Source of the DNA: an uncultured Acetobacteraceae bacterium
GTDB lineage: Bacteria; Pseudomonadota; Alphaproteobacteria; CACIAM-22H2
Assembly: GCA_964563665.1 (NCBI GenBank)
Contig: CAZLYV010000003.1
Span: 9,996 to 40,106, forward strand
Direction: 5' to 3'
Length of the DNA: 30,111 bases
Shown: in pieces, positions 1 to 9,731 of the stretch
Layout of the letters: each line of letters begins with the position of its first letter
Position numbering within the stretch: position 1 is the first letter of the stretch
Translations under genes and position numbers: made by a program
The notes under the pieces: generated by a model
What the model was told of the DNA's origin: nothing
What the model saw: only the letters and a program-made list of their open reading frames with translations
Database searches by the model: none

Positions 1-23
1 CCGGCCCGGCGGGTTCGGTCTGA
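1..23 (+). CDS. 3' end of an upstream gene, probably the TRAP small permease (DctQ)
   Basis: TGA at 21-23 overlaps the dctM ATG at 23-25 (TGATG coupling). Identity is inferred only from the usual dctPQM order. Confidence 0.3.
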
Positions 24-1306
24 TGTCGCTCGTCATCCTCTTCGGTGGCCTGTTCTTTCTTATCGCGATCGGTGTCCCGGTCGCCTTCTCGCTTGGCCTC
101 GCCGCGCTGTTCACACTGCTTTATGACGGTTTGCCGGCGATGGTCGCGTTCCAGCGCATGGCGGCAGGGATGAACATTTTTGCCCTGCTGGCGATCCCAT
201 TCTTCATTTACGCCGGCGAGCTGATGCTCTATGGCGGCATCGCCGAGCGGCTCGTGCGTTTGGCCAACGCCCTCGTCGGCCACATCCGCGGCGGGCTCGG
301 GCTGGTGAACGTACTGGCGAGCATGTTCTTCGGTGGTATCTCGGGCTCCGCCGTAGCCGACACCTCGGCGTTGGGGTCGATCCTCATTCCGCTCATGCGC
401 AAACGCGGGTACGACGTCGATTACGCGGTCAACGTCACGATCACGGCGTCGACCACCGGGATTCTCATCCCGCCGAGCCACAACATGATCATCTACTCGC
501 TCGCGGCGGGCGGCGGCGTATCGGTGGCGGCGCTGTTCCTCGCCGGGTTCGTGCCGGGCATTTTGATCGGGCTGTGCCTGATGGTCGCCGCCTACGTGGT
601 GGCGGTTCGCCGCGGTTACCCGCGCGAGGCGTTCCCGGGCCTGCTGCCCCTCATCCTGTCCTTTGTCGGCGCCGCGCCCGGGCTTCTGCTGGCGGTGATC
701 ATCATGGGCGGCGTGCTGACCGGGGTCTTCACGGTCACCGAGTCTGCCGCGATCGGAACCATCTACGCGCTTTTCGTCACGCTCCTCGTCTACCGCTCGC
801 TGTCGTGGGCCGATTTCGTGCGGGCAACCATGAATGCAGTACGCACGACGGCGATGGTGATGCTGGTGATCGGCACCGCGAACGCCTTTGGATACCTGCT
901 GGCGCTCCATCAAGTACCGGCGGCGATGATAGAGCTGCTGTCCGGCATTTCGGACAACCCTTATGTCATTCTGATGATCATCAATGTGGCGATGCTGGCG
1001 CTCGGCTGCATCATGGACATGGCGCCGCTGATTCTGATCTGCACGCCGATTTTCCTGCCGGTGGTAATGCTCATCGGTATGGATCCGATCCAGTTCGGCA
1101 TGGTGATGATGATCAATCTCGGGCTCGGGCTGTGCACGCCGCCGGTGGGCTCGGTGCTATTCGTCGGCTGCGCAATTGCCAAGTGCCGGATCGAGGATAC
1201 CGTGCGCACCGTATGGCCGTTCTATCTGGCGATGCTCGTGGCGCTCATGCTCACCACGTACATTCCGGCGATTTCGCTCACGCTTCCCAAGATGTTCCTG
1301 CAGTGA
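23..1306 (+). CDS. dctM: TRAP transporter large permease (DctM)
   Basis: 427 aa, highly hydrophobic. Motifs LLAIPFFIYAGELM, FFGGISGSAVAD, LIPPS and LGLCTPPVG are typical of DctM. Confidence 0.95.
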   Translation: MSLVILFGGLFFLIAIGVPVAFSLGLAALFTLLYDGLPAMVAFQRMAAGMNIFALLAIPFFIYAGELMLYGGIAERLVRLANALVGHIRGGLGLVNVLASMFFGGISGSAVADTSALGSILIPLMRKRGYDVDYAVNVTITASTTGILIPPSHNMIIYSLAAGGGVSVAALFLAGFVPGILIGLCLMVAAYVVAVRRGYPREAFPGLLPLILSFVGAAPGLLLAVIIMGGVLTGVFTVTESAAIGTIYALFVTLLVYRSLSWADFVRATMNAVRTTAMVMLVIGTANAFGYLLALHQVPAAMIELLSGISDNPYVILMIINVAMLALGCIMDMAPLILICTPIFLPVVMLIGMDPIQFGMVMMINLGLGLCTPPVGSVLFVGCAIAKCRIEDTVRTVWPFYLAMLVALMLTTYIPAISLTLPKMFLQ

Positions 1307-2772
1307 GCCGTCTCGGTCTATCGGCCCTCGCGCGGCTCCCGGTGGCGATCGGACGACCGGTATTCGACCCGGCGACGCTCGAATGCGGCATCGTCCACCT
1401 TGGTTGCGGCGCGTTCCACCGCGCCCACCAGGCGGTCTACACGCAAACCGTTCTCGGGCGCACGCCCGAGCCATGGGGCATCATCGGCGTGAGCCTGAAA
1501 AGCCCGGCCGTGCGCGACCGGCTCGCCCGGCAGGATTTCCTCTACACGGTGATCGAACGGGGACCCGACGGTCCGCGCTTCGAGGTCGTGGGCACGATCC
1601 GCGACGTGCTGTTCGCACCAGCCGATCCGGCACGGGTGATCGCCCGTATCGCCGACCCGGCGACCAGGATTCTTTCGCTGACCGTAACCGAGAAAGGCTA
1701 CTGCCACGACCCGGCGAGCGGTCAGCTCGACATTCTGCATCCTGACATCGCCCACGATATTCAGCTGCCGACACAGCCCGTATCGGCGCTCGGCTTCATC
1801 GTCGCCGGGCTCGAACGGCGGATGCACGACGGCGCCGGGCCGCTCACCGTGCTCTCCTGCGACAACCTGCCGCGCAACGGCAAAACGGTGAGCGGCCTCA
1901 CGCGGACCATGGCCAGCATTCGCAACGATAATCTTGCCCGTTGGGTCGTCGAGAACGTGACCTTTCCCTCGACGATGGTCGATCGCATCGTACCGGCGAC
2001 GATGCCGGGCGACATCGCCGAAGCCGGCGCCGCGCTTGGCGTGAGCGACGAAGCGCCGGTGATCGCCGAGCCGTTCCGGCAGTGGGTGATCGAAAATCGA
2101 TTCGTCGCCGGCCGTCCGCCGTGGGAGGCGGCCGGCGCCGAGCTGGTGCCCGATGTCGCGCCCTACGAGGAGATCAAGCTGCGCCTGCTCAATGGCAGCC
2201 ATTCGGCGCTGGCCTATCTCGGCTATCTCGCCGGCTATAGCTACATTTACGAGGTGATGCGCGAACCGGCCTTCCGGATTTTCATGCAGCGGCTGATGGA
2301 CGAGGAGGTGAGCACCACGCTGCACGTGCCCGCCGGCGTCGATCTTGCGGCATACAAGCGCACCCTTCTCGAACGCTTCGCCAATCCGGCGCTGGCGCAT
2401 CGCACCTGGCAGATCGCCATGGATGGCTCGCAGAAACTTCCGCAGCGACTGCTGGGCAGCGTCAGCGCCAGGCTCGATGCCGGGCAGCCGGTGCGGCTGC
2501 TGGCGCTCGCCGTCGCCGCGTGGATGCGCTACGCGACCGGGATCGACGAGCATGGAGCGCCGATCGAGGTGAAGGACCCGCTGGCCGATCGCCTGCGCGC
2601 GATTGCGCAAAACAACGCCGGCGATGCGCGCGCGCTCGCGCGTGCCTACCTTGGGGTGGGCGAGGTATTTGGCGACGATCTTCCGCGCCGGCCGGAATTC
2701 GTCGACGCGGTCGCCCAGGCGCTCGCCCAGCTCTATGCCAAGGGCGCCACGGCCGCGGTCGCAAGCTGCTAG
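1303..2772 (+). CDS. Mannitol dehydrogenase family oxidoreductase (UxuB / D-mannonate oxidoreductase type)
   Basis: True start is probably GTG 1303, overlapping the dctM stop (GTGA), giving 489 aa; the 574 start in the ORF track is an artefact. Motifs GIVHLGCGAFHRAHQA, SLTVTEKGY, VLSCDNL, FPSTMVDRIVP, EPFRQWVIE and KLRLLNGSH. Confidence 0.9.
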   Translation: MSRLGLSALARLPVAIGRPVFDPATLECGIVHLGCGAFHRAHQAVYTQTVLGRTPEPWGIIGVSLKSPAVRDRLARQDFLYTVIERGPDGPRFEVVGTIRDVLFAPADPARVIARIADPATRILSLTVTEKGYCHDPASGQLDILHPDIAHDIQLPTQPVSALGFIVAGLERRMHDGAGPLTVLSCDNLPRNGKTVSGLTRTMASIRNDNLARWVVENVTFPSTMVDRIVPATMPGDIAEAGAALGVSDEAPVIAEPFRQWVIENRFVAGRPPWEAAGAELVPDVAPYEEIKLRLLNGSHSALAYLGYLAGYSYIYEVMREPAFRIFMQRLMDEEVSTTLHVPAGVDLAAYKRTLLERFANPALAHRTWQIAMDGSQKLPQRLLGSVSARLDAGQPVRLLALAVAAWMRYATGIDEHGAPIEVKDPLADRLRAIAQNNAGDARALARAYLGVGEVFGDDLPRRPEFVDAVAQALAQLYAKGATAAVASC

Positions 2773-2780
2773 ACCGCTCC

Positions 2781-3422
2781 ATGCCGCATCAGAATCGCAT
2801 CGACCCGTTCGGCCGACTGATCGAAACGCGAGCACGCGGCCTCCTGATGGGCAATCGCGGTTGCCTTCACGATGCCGAAGGTCGTCTGACGCGCCGGCGC
2901 TGGACCACCAAGGCGTGGATTGCCTGCCGCCTCGACTTCAAGGGCCGCTGGCGGCCGATCATGCCGCCGGGCCGATATACGACGCTCTTTTTCCTCGATG
3001 AGGCGACGGCGCTTGCCGCTGGGCATCGGCCATGCGGCGAATGCCGACGCGCCGATCTCACGGTGTTCAAACTGGCCTGGCGTCGCGGCAATCCGGCGCG
3101 CGCTGAAGGCGATCGTATTTTGGTCGAACCGATCGACGCGGTGATCCACCGTGAACGGATCCAGCGTGCGCCGTGGATGGATACGCCTCTACCGGCAGTC
3201 GACCTTGCCGATCTGCCGGATGGAGCAATGGTAACGGGCCTCGGCGACCCGGCGGTGCAGCTTATCTGGGGCGATCGGCTGTGGCGGTGGTCGCTATCTG
3301 GCTACACCGACCCGCGCTCGCGCCCAACGGCGGCCCGCGTGCGACTGGTGACCCCGCCGTCGGTCGTCCGCGCGCTTGCCGCCGGCTATCGCCCCTCGCT
3401 GCACCCGACTCAAGCCGGATAA
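2781..3422 (+). CDS. Conserved hypothetical protein with an Ada-like FFLDEATALAAGHRPCxECRR motif
   Basis: ATG 2781, 8 nt after the upstream stop, giving 213 aa (MPHQNRIDPFG...LMGNRGCLH...WIACRLDFKG...). I recall this as a widespread uncharacterised family but could not verify it. Confidence 0.75.
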   Translation: MPHQNRIDPFGRLIETRARGLLMGNRGCLHDAEGRLTRRRWTTKAWIACRLDFKGRWRPIMPPGRYTTLFFLDEATALAAGHRPCGECRRADLTVFKLAWRRGNPARAEGDRILVEPIDAVIHRERIQRAPWMDTPLPAVDLADLPDGAMVTGLGDPAVQLIWGDRLWRWSLSGYTDPRSRPTAARVRLVTPPSVVRALAAGYRPSLHPTQAG

Positions 3423-4105
3423 CCCTTCGCCTTGCCGGCGAGCCCGTCGTACAGGCCAAGCATCCGGCCACGCCAGGTATGGATCGAATCGTCGTCGGCA
3501 AGCAGCGTGAACGGGCTCGTGCAGCGCGCCCACTGGAAGCCGCCGAAGACGGCGTAATCGGCGTAGAGCGGCCGCACACCGCCGACGAAGGGCTGCACCT
3601 CGAGCGTTGCGCGGAGCGGTTGCAGGCTCTGGCGGAAGGCGGCGACCCGCTGCTCGCGATCCGCCTGGACGGCTTCGAGCGCGGCGCCGAAGCGCTCTTC
3701 GCGCGACTTGCGGAAATACTCGCGGTCGTCGGGGTGAGCGTGGGCGAATACGTCGGCGATGATAAGCCGTGCGATGCCCGCGTGCACCGTTGCGTCGCTC
3801 CAGTTGCCGAGAAAGCGCGCCATTGCGCGCCCGCCGGGACCGCCAAACAGCGACGGGCGATCGGGATAAGTCTCCTCGAGGTAATTGGCGATCGTCCAGG
3901 AGTCGAAAATGCGATGTTCGCCATCGACCAGCACCGGCACGCGACCCTGCCCGGTGAAGGCGATCGCCGCTTTGTCGGTGAAGTGCCAGGGTATCGATTC
4001 GTAGGCGAGCCCCTTGTGGGCGAGCGCCATCTTGATGCGCCAACAATTGGGGCTGTAGCGCCGGTCGTCTTCCGCACCGGCAAGGTCGTAAAGCTTGATC
4101 GCCAT
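3410..4105 (-). CDS. Glutathione S-transferase, LigE / beta-aryl-ether-cleaving-like subfamily
   Basis: Start ATG 4105 with a GAGGAGG RBS, 231 aa. IKLYDL, SPNCWRIKMALAHKG, RVPVLVDG, DSWTIANYLEETYPDRPSLF, DREYFRKSRE and ADY closely parallel Sphingobium LigE as I remember it. Overlaps the convergent upstream gene by 13 bp. Confidence 0.85.
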   Translation of the reverse strand: MAIKLYDLAGAEDDRRYSPNCWRIKMALAHKGLAYESIPWHFTDKAAIAFTGQGRVPVLVDGEHRIFDSWTIANYLEETYPDRPSLFGGPGGRAMARFLGNWSDATVHAGIARLIIADVFAHAHPDDREYFRKSREERFGAALEAVQADREQRVAAFRQSLQPLRATLEVQPFVGGVRPLYADYAVFGGFQWARCTSPFTLLADDDSIHTWRGRMLGLYDGLAGKAKGYPA

Positions 4106-4238
4106 CGCGCGTCGTCCTCCTCCTCGTATTGTGGAGCGGGAGATAGCGCGACCACCCGGTACAGGTCCAGCATTCGACGCAGGGCGGGCGATCAAATTTT
4201 CGCGCGCGACTTTCCGGGATGACCGACGGATACGCCGC

Positions 4239-5783
4239 CTACATCACCGCGCCGAGCTGCCAGGGCGCGAACTCGTCTTCACCGAAGCCGAGCGCCTCGC
4301 TCTTGGTCGCTTGGCCCGAGGCGGTCTTCAAGATCAACTCGAAGATGCGCTTGCCGCATTCCTCCACCGTCTCGACGCCGTCGACGATGCCGCCGCAATT
4401 CAAGTCCATGTCGTCGGTCATCCGCTGGTAAAGCGCCGTATTGGTCGCCAGCTTGAGCGAGGGGGCCGGCTTGCAGCCGAACACCGAGCCGCGCCCGGTG
4501 GTGAAGCATATGAGATTGGCGCCGCCCGCCACCTGGCCGGTCGCCGAGACGGGGTCGTAGCCCGGCGTATCCATGAAAACGAAGCCTTTCGCGGTCACCG
4601 GTTCGGCATAACCGACCACGTCCACAAGATTGGTCGAACCGGCCTTGGCGGCGGCGCCAAGCGACTTCTCGAGAATGGTCGTGATCCCGCCCGCCTTGTT
4701 GCCCGGCGAGGGGTTGTTGTCCATCGTGCCGCCGTTCCTGGCGGTGTAGTCCTCCCACCAATTCATCACCTTGACCAGCTTTTCGCCGACCTCGCGACTG
4801 ACCGCGCGGCGCGTCAGCAGGTGCTCGGCGCCGTACGTCTCGGGTGATTCCGACAGAACCACCGTGCCGCCGTGGCGCACCAGCAGGTCGGACGCGAAGC
4901 CCAGCGCCGGATTGGCCGAGATACCCGAATAACCGTCCGATCCGCCGCATTGCAGCCCGACCGTTATATGCGAGGCCGGAACCGTCTCGCGCGCCGCCTT
5001 GTTGACCTCCGGCAGAAGCTCCTTGATGCGCGCGATACCCGAGCGCACCGTCTTGGCGGTGCCGCCGGTTTCCTGAATGGTCATGGTTTGAAGTCGATCG
5101 CTCGCGGCGAGCCGCTCGGCCCGCATCAGGCCGCCGATCTGCGCCGCCTCGCAACCGAGACCGACGATCAGCACCGCGGCGAAATTCGGATGGCGGGCGT
5201 AGCCGGCGATGGTGCGGCGGAGCAGGTCCATCGCGTCGCCTTCGCTTGCCATTCCGCAGCCGGTTTTATGGGTGAGGGCCACGACGCCATCGACGTTGGG
5301 AAATTCGACGAGCGGGCCGCCTTCGCCGAACGGATTGCGGCGGAACGATTCGGCGATGTAGCGCGCAACCGTCGCCGAGCAATTGACCGACGTCAGCACG
5401 CCGATGTAATTGCGCGTCGCCACGCGGCCGTCGGCGCGCACGTACGCTTCGATCGTCGCTGGTTCGTTGGAATACGCGGTCGCCTTGGCATTTTCCCCAT
5501 AAGCGTAATCGCGCGCGAAGTTGCGGATCTCGCAGTTGTGGGTGTGTACGTGCTCGCCCGGCGCGATGTCGGCGGTGGCAAAGCCGATGATCTGGCCATA
5601 GCGCCGCACCGGCTCGTCCCTGGCGATCGGCCGGGTCGCCACCTTATGGCCCGATGGAATGTGGCGCCCCGCGGCGATGCCTTCGCCGGGGATGGCGGTT
5701 CCCGGAAGGATGTCCGTCCGCGCGACGACGACGTTATCGTCGGGATTCAAACGGATCGTCAGCTTGCTGGCCATGCTGGACAT
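4239..5783 (-). CDS. UxaA family hydrolase (altronate/galactarate dehydratase type; SAF + GD/AH domains fused)
   Basis: N-terminal SAF domain (DNVVVAR...IPSGHKVA...VRRYGQIIG...VHTHN), TSVNCSATVA, HKTGCG, GLQCGGSDGYSGISANPALG, NPSPGNKAGGITTILEKSLG and FTTGRGS. Start is 5783 or 5774; 5900 is unlikely. Confidence 0.92.
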   Translation of the reverse strand: MSSMASKLTIRLNPDDNVVVARTDILPGTAIPGEGIAAGRHIPSGHKVATRPIARDEPVRRYGQIIGFATADIAPGEHVHTHNCEIRNFARDYAYGENAKATAYSNEPATIEAYVRADGRVATRNYIGVLTSVNCSATVARYIAESFRRNPFGEGGPLVEFPNVDGVVALTHKTGCGMASEGDAMDLLRRTIAGYARHPNFAAVLIVGLGCEAAQIGGLMRAERLAASDRLQTMTIQETGGTAKTVRSGIARIKELLPEVNKAARETVPASHITVGLQCGGSDGYSGISANPALGFASDLLVRHGGTVVLSESPETYGAEHLLTRRAVSREVGEKLVKVMNWWEDYTARNGGTMDNNPSPGNKAGGITTILEKSLGAAAKAGSTNLVDVVGYAEPVTAKGFVFMDTPGYDPVSATGQVAGGANLICFTTGRGSVFGCKPAPSLKLATNTALYQRMTDDMDLNCGGIVDGVETVEECGKRIFELILKTASGQATKSEALGFGEDEFAPWQLGAVM

Positions 5784-5830
5784 CGGATCATGCGCTCCCG
5801 CGCCCGAATATGCTTCCCGCGGACAAGCCC

Positions 5831-6717
<887 letters not shown>

Positions 6718-6851
6718 TGCGCGCTCTGATCGCGACCTGGCGAAATCGTTCTTGATCGTCGAGCGCTCTTTGGACAAGCTTTCCGGCGATGACGAATGAT
6801 TGGGCCGGGGACACGCAATAAATTCAACGCATTCAAACGGGGAGACACTTC

Positions 6852-7835
6852 ATGTATGTACGTTACGTCGTCGCGGCGGCGGCAATTCTGGCGCTCGGCC
6901 TTGGCGCGCCGGCGCAAGCGCAAACCAAGCTCAAATTTGCCCACGTCTATGAGGTGAACGAGCCCTACCATACCGAGGCGGTGTGGGCGGCGGGCGAGGT
7001 CGCCAAGCGCACCAACAACAAATATGCGATGGAAGTATTCCCGGCGTCCTCGCTCGGCAACGAGCCGACGATCAACCAGTCGCTGCCATTGGGCACGCTC
7101 GATATCATTTATACCGGCGTGGCATTTGCCGGCTCGACCTTCAAGCCGCTCGCGATCAGCAACGCGCCCTATATGTTCAAGAACTTCGAGCATTGGCAGG
7201 CTTACGCGGCAAGCCCGCTGTTCCAGGAGCTCGCCGCTGGCTACGACAAAGCCGCCGGCAACAAGATCGTCGCCCTCACCTATTACGGCGCCCGGCACAC
7301 CACCGCCAACAAGGCGATCAACACGCCCGCCGACATGAAGGGCATGAAGCTGCGCGTGCCGCAGGCGCCGCTCTACCTGATGTACGCCAAGGCGGTTGGC
7401 GCGAACGCCACCCCGATCGCGTTCGCCGAAGTTTATCTGGCGCTACAGCAGGGAACGGTGGACGGGCAGGAAAATCCGCTGCCGACGATCCAGGCGAAGA
7501 AGTTCTACGAGGTCCAGAGCCACATCAACCTGACGAGCCACATATTCGAGAGCCTGGTGAGCGTGATCGGCGGCCCGTTGTGGAACAAGCTCAATGAACA
7601 GGAGCGCACGACCTTTACCAACATCTTCCGCGAGGCGGCGGCGAAAGCGACGGCGCAGATCCGCGATTCCGAGCAGAAGCTTCCCGAGTGGTTCGCAAGT
7701 CAGGGCAAGACGGTCGTGCGACCCAACATCGCCGCGTTCATCGAGGCGGCGAAGCCGTTGCAGAACGACCCCTCGGCGGGCGCAGGCTGGAGCAAGGAAC
7801 AGTACGACCGCCTGCAGGCGCTGGCGAAGAACTGA
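6852..7835 (+). CDS. dctP: TRAP substrate-binding protein (DctP, SiaP-like clade)
   Basis: Signal peptide (AAAAILALGLGAPAQA). KFAHVYE, VFPASSLG, KLRVP (carboxylate-binding Arg), FAEVYLALQQGTVDGQENP. GGAG RBS. Confidence 0.95.
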   Translation: MYVRYVVAAAAILALGLGAPAQAQTKLKFAHVYEVNEPYHTEAVWAAGEVAKRTNNKYAMEVFPASSLGNEPTINQSLPLGTLDIIYTGVAFAGSTFKPLAISNAPYMFKNFEHWQAYAASPLFQELAAGYDKAAGNKIVALTYYGARHTTANKAINTPADMKGMKLRVPQAPLYLMYAKAVGANATPIAFAEVYLALQQGTVDGQENPLPTIQAKKFYEVQSHINLTSHIFESLVSVIGGPLWNKLNEQERTTFTNIFREAAAKATAQIRDSEQKLPEWFASQGKTVVRPNIAAFIEAAKPLQNDPSAGAGWSKEQYDRLQALAKN

Positions 7836-7865
7836 CCGACCCAGGCTCGAACGCGTCGCAAGACA

Positions 7866-7902
7866 GGGGGCAGGCCGGGGATCGGGCCTGCTCCTTCTTC
7901 TT
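7866..7902 (+). terminator. Intrinsic-terminator-like hairpin after dctP
   Basis: GCAGGCC (7870-7876) pairs with GGCCTGC (7885-7891) and is extendable with G:C/G:U pairs. Followed by TTCTTCTT. Lies between convergent genes. Confidence 0.55.
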
Positions 7903-7917
7903 GGGTGGCCGCCGGCG

Positions 7918-9027
7918 TCAGCTTACGATTGCGACTGTCCCGCCGACGCGCCGGCGCTCGATCGCCCGCCAATCCCACGCGATTCCGAGCCCCGGTGCGC
8001 TCGACGGGATCGCGAAGCCGTCGGATATCGCGATTCGGCTCGTCGTTACGTCATCGAGCTGGGGAATGTATTCGACCCATGCCGCGTTGGGCACCGCGGC
8101 ACACAAGCCGACGTGAAGCTCCATGAGGAAATGGGGACAGATCGCGACGTTGAAGGTCTCGGCCAGGTGCGCGACCTTCAGCCACGGGGTGATGCCGCCG
8201 ACCCGCGCCACGTCCGCCTGAACGATCGAGCAAGCCCGGCGCTGCAGGTATTCCCGGAAATGACTGGGATGGTAGAGCGACTCGCCGACCGCCACGGGGA
8301 GCGTGGTCGCGTTCGACAGACGGACATGGCCGTCGATATCCTCGGCCGGCAGCGGTTCCTCGAACCAGGCAAGATCGAGCGTTTCGTAATGGCGCGCGCG
8401 CCGGATCGCCTCGGCGACGGTGAATGCCTGGTTCGCATCGACCATGATCTCGAAATCGGCGCCGACCGCGTCGCGCGCCGCCGACAGGCGCGCCATATCC
8501 TCAACGACGTGAGGTCGCCCGACCTTGATCTTGGCGCCGCGAAACCCGGCCGCGCGAGCTGCAAGCGTTTCATCGACCAGCGCCTTGGGCTCGAGATGGA
8601 GCCAGCCGCCCTCGGTCGAATAGATCGGCACTTTCCGTTGCGCGCCGCCGGCCATCAGATGTAACGGCAGGCCGGCGCGCCGGCAGCGCATGTCCCACAG
8701 CGCCGTGTCGATCGTCGCCAGCGCCAGGCTGGTGATCGCGCCGACCGAGGTGGCGTGGGTGAGGAAGAACAATCCCTTCCAGATCTCCTCGACCATCGCC
8801 GGGTCGCGGCCCAATAGCCACGGCGCCATATGGTCGCGGATGAATGCGACCACTGACGAACCGGCGTTGCCTATCGTATAGGCATAGCCGGCGCCCTCCG
8901 CCCCGTCATCGGCGAAAATACGCACGATCGGCGTTTCCTGCTTCACGAACGCCTGAATGGCGTCGGTACGCTTGACCTTGGGCTCGAGGTCGACCTGGCA
9001 GATCTCGATGCGCGTGATCTTCGGCAT
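7918..9027 (-). CDS. Mandelate racemase / muconate lactonizing enzyme family protein (probable acid-sugar dehydratase or cycloisomerase)
   Basis: Start ATG 9027 (MPKITRIE), 369 aa. IDTALWD, KIK (KxK), DANQ, WFEEP, AVGES, GGITPWLK and CPHFLMELH give the three metal ligands plus the His acid/base residue. Confidence 0.92.
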   Translation of the reverse strand: MPKITRIEICQVDLEPKVKRTDAIQAFVKQETPIVRIFADDGAEGAGYAYTIGNAGSSVVAFIRDHMAPWLLGRDPAMVEEIWKGLFFLTHATSVGAITSLALATIDTALWDMRCRRAGLPLHLMAGGAQRKVPIYSTEGGWLHLEPKALVDETLAARAAGFRGAKIKVGRPHVVEDMARLSAARDAVGADFEIMVDANQAFTVAEAIRRARHYETLDLAWFEEPLPAEDIDGHVRLSNATTLPVAVGESLYHPSHFREYLQRRACSIVQADVARVGGITPWLKVAHLAETFNVAICPHFLMELHVGLCAAVPNAAWVEYIPQLDDVTTSRIAISDGFAIPSSAPGLGIAWDWRAIERRRVGGTVAIVS

Positions 9028-9164
9028 TGCGGAAATGGTCCCCTTCATTTCCAAGCTTGGGCCCGGATTTATGCTTGCTTTCATCGGATGGGTCACGCGA
9101 AATTGTCGGACGCGCCGCGGTGGGGCCGCGTCGAAGGGCAAATTAGCGCACAGGGAGAGAAGCT

Positions 9165-9731
9165 TTGAGCGAACTCGCGCCGCACCAGGCCGAAGTGGGG
9201 CCGTCGATCACCGACACGCCCGACGATGCGGACGTGCGTCTGGCGGACTATGCGATCGAGGATTGGATCGCTTTCGGCTTCTTCTGGATCCTCGCCTTCG
9301 TCGTTTTCCTGCAGTTCTTCACCCGCTACGTACTCAACGACTCGCTCGCCTGGACCGAGGAGATCGCGCGATATCTTCTCATTTGCGTCACCTTCGTCGG
9401 CGCGGCGATGGCGACGCGGCGGAACACCAACATCCATGTCGAGTTCATGTACGTCTATTTCGGCCCGCGTCTCGGCTTCGCGCTCTCGACTCTGGTCGAC
9501 GTGCTTCGCATCGTCTTCTTCGCCGTCGCCACTTACCTCACTTACAACGTCACGATGGTGATGCGCTTCCAGTACATGGTGGTGATCGACTGGCCGCTTA
9601 GCTACGTTTTCGCGGTGGCGCTCGCCGGATTCGCCGCGATGACGCTTCGCGCGATCCAGGTGGCGGTCCGGCACTGGCGTGCCGGATCGAGCGATCTCAC
9701 CCGCGTCGCCGCGGAGGGTCGCCACCAATGA
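9165..9731 (+). CDS. dctQ: TRAP small permease (DctQ)
   Basis: TTG start with a GGGAG RBS. VFLQFFTRYVLNDSLAWTEEIARY and HVEF motifs, four TM segments. ATGA overlap with the following dctM. Confidence 0.92.
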   Translation: MSELAPHQAEVGPSITDTPDDADVRLADYAIEDWIAFGFFWILAFVVFLQFFTRYVLNDSLAWTEEIARYLLICVTFVGAAMATRRNTNIHVEFMYVYFGPRLGFALSTLVDVLRIVFFAVATYLTYNVTMVMRFQYMVVIDWPLSYVFAVALAGFAAMTLRAIQVAVRHWRAGSSDLTRVAAEGRHQ

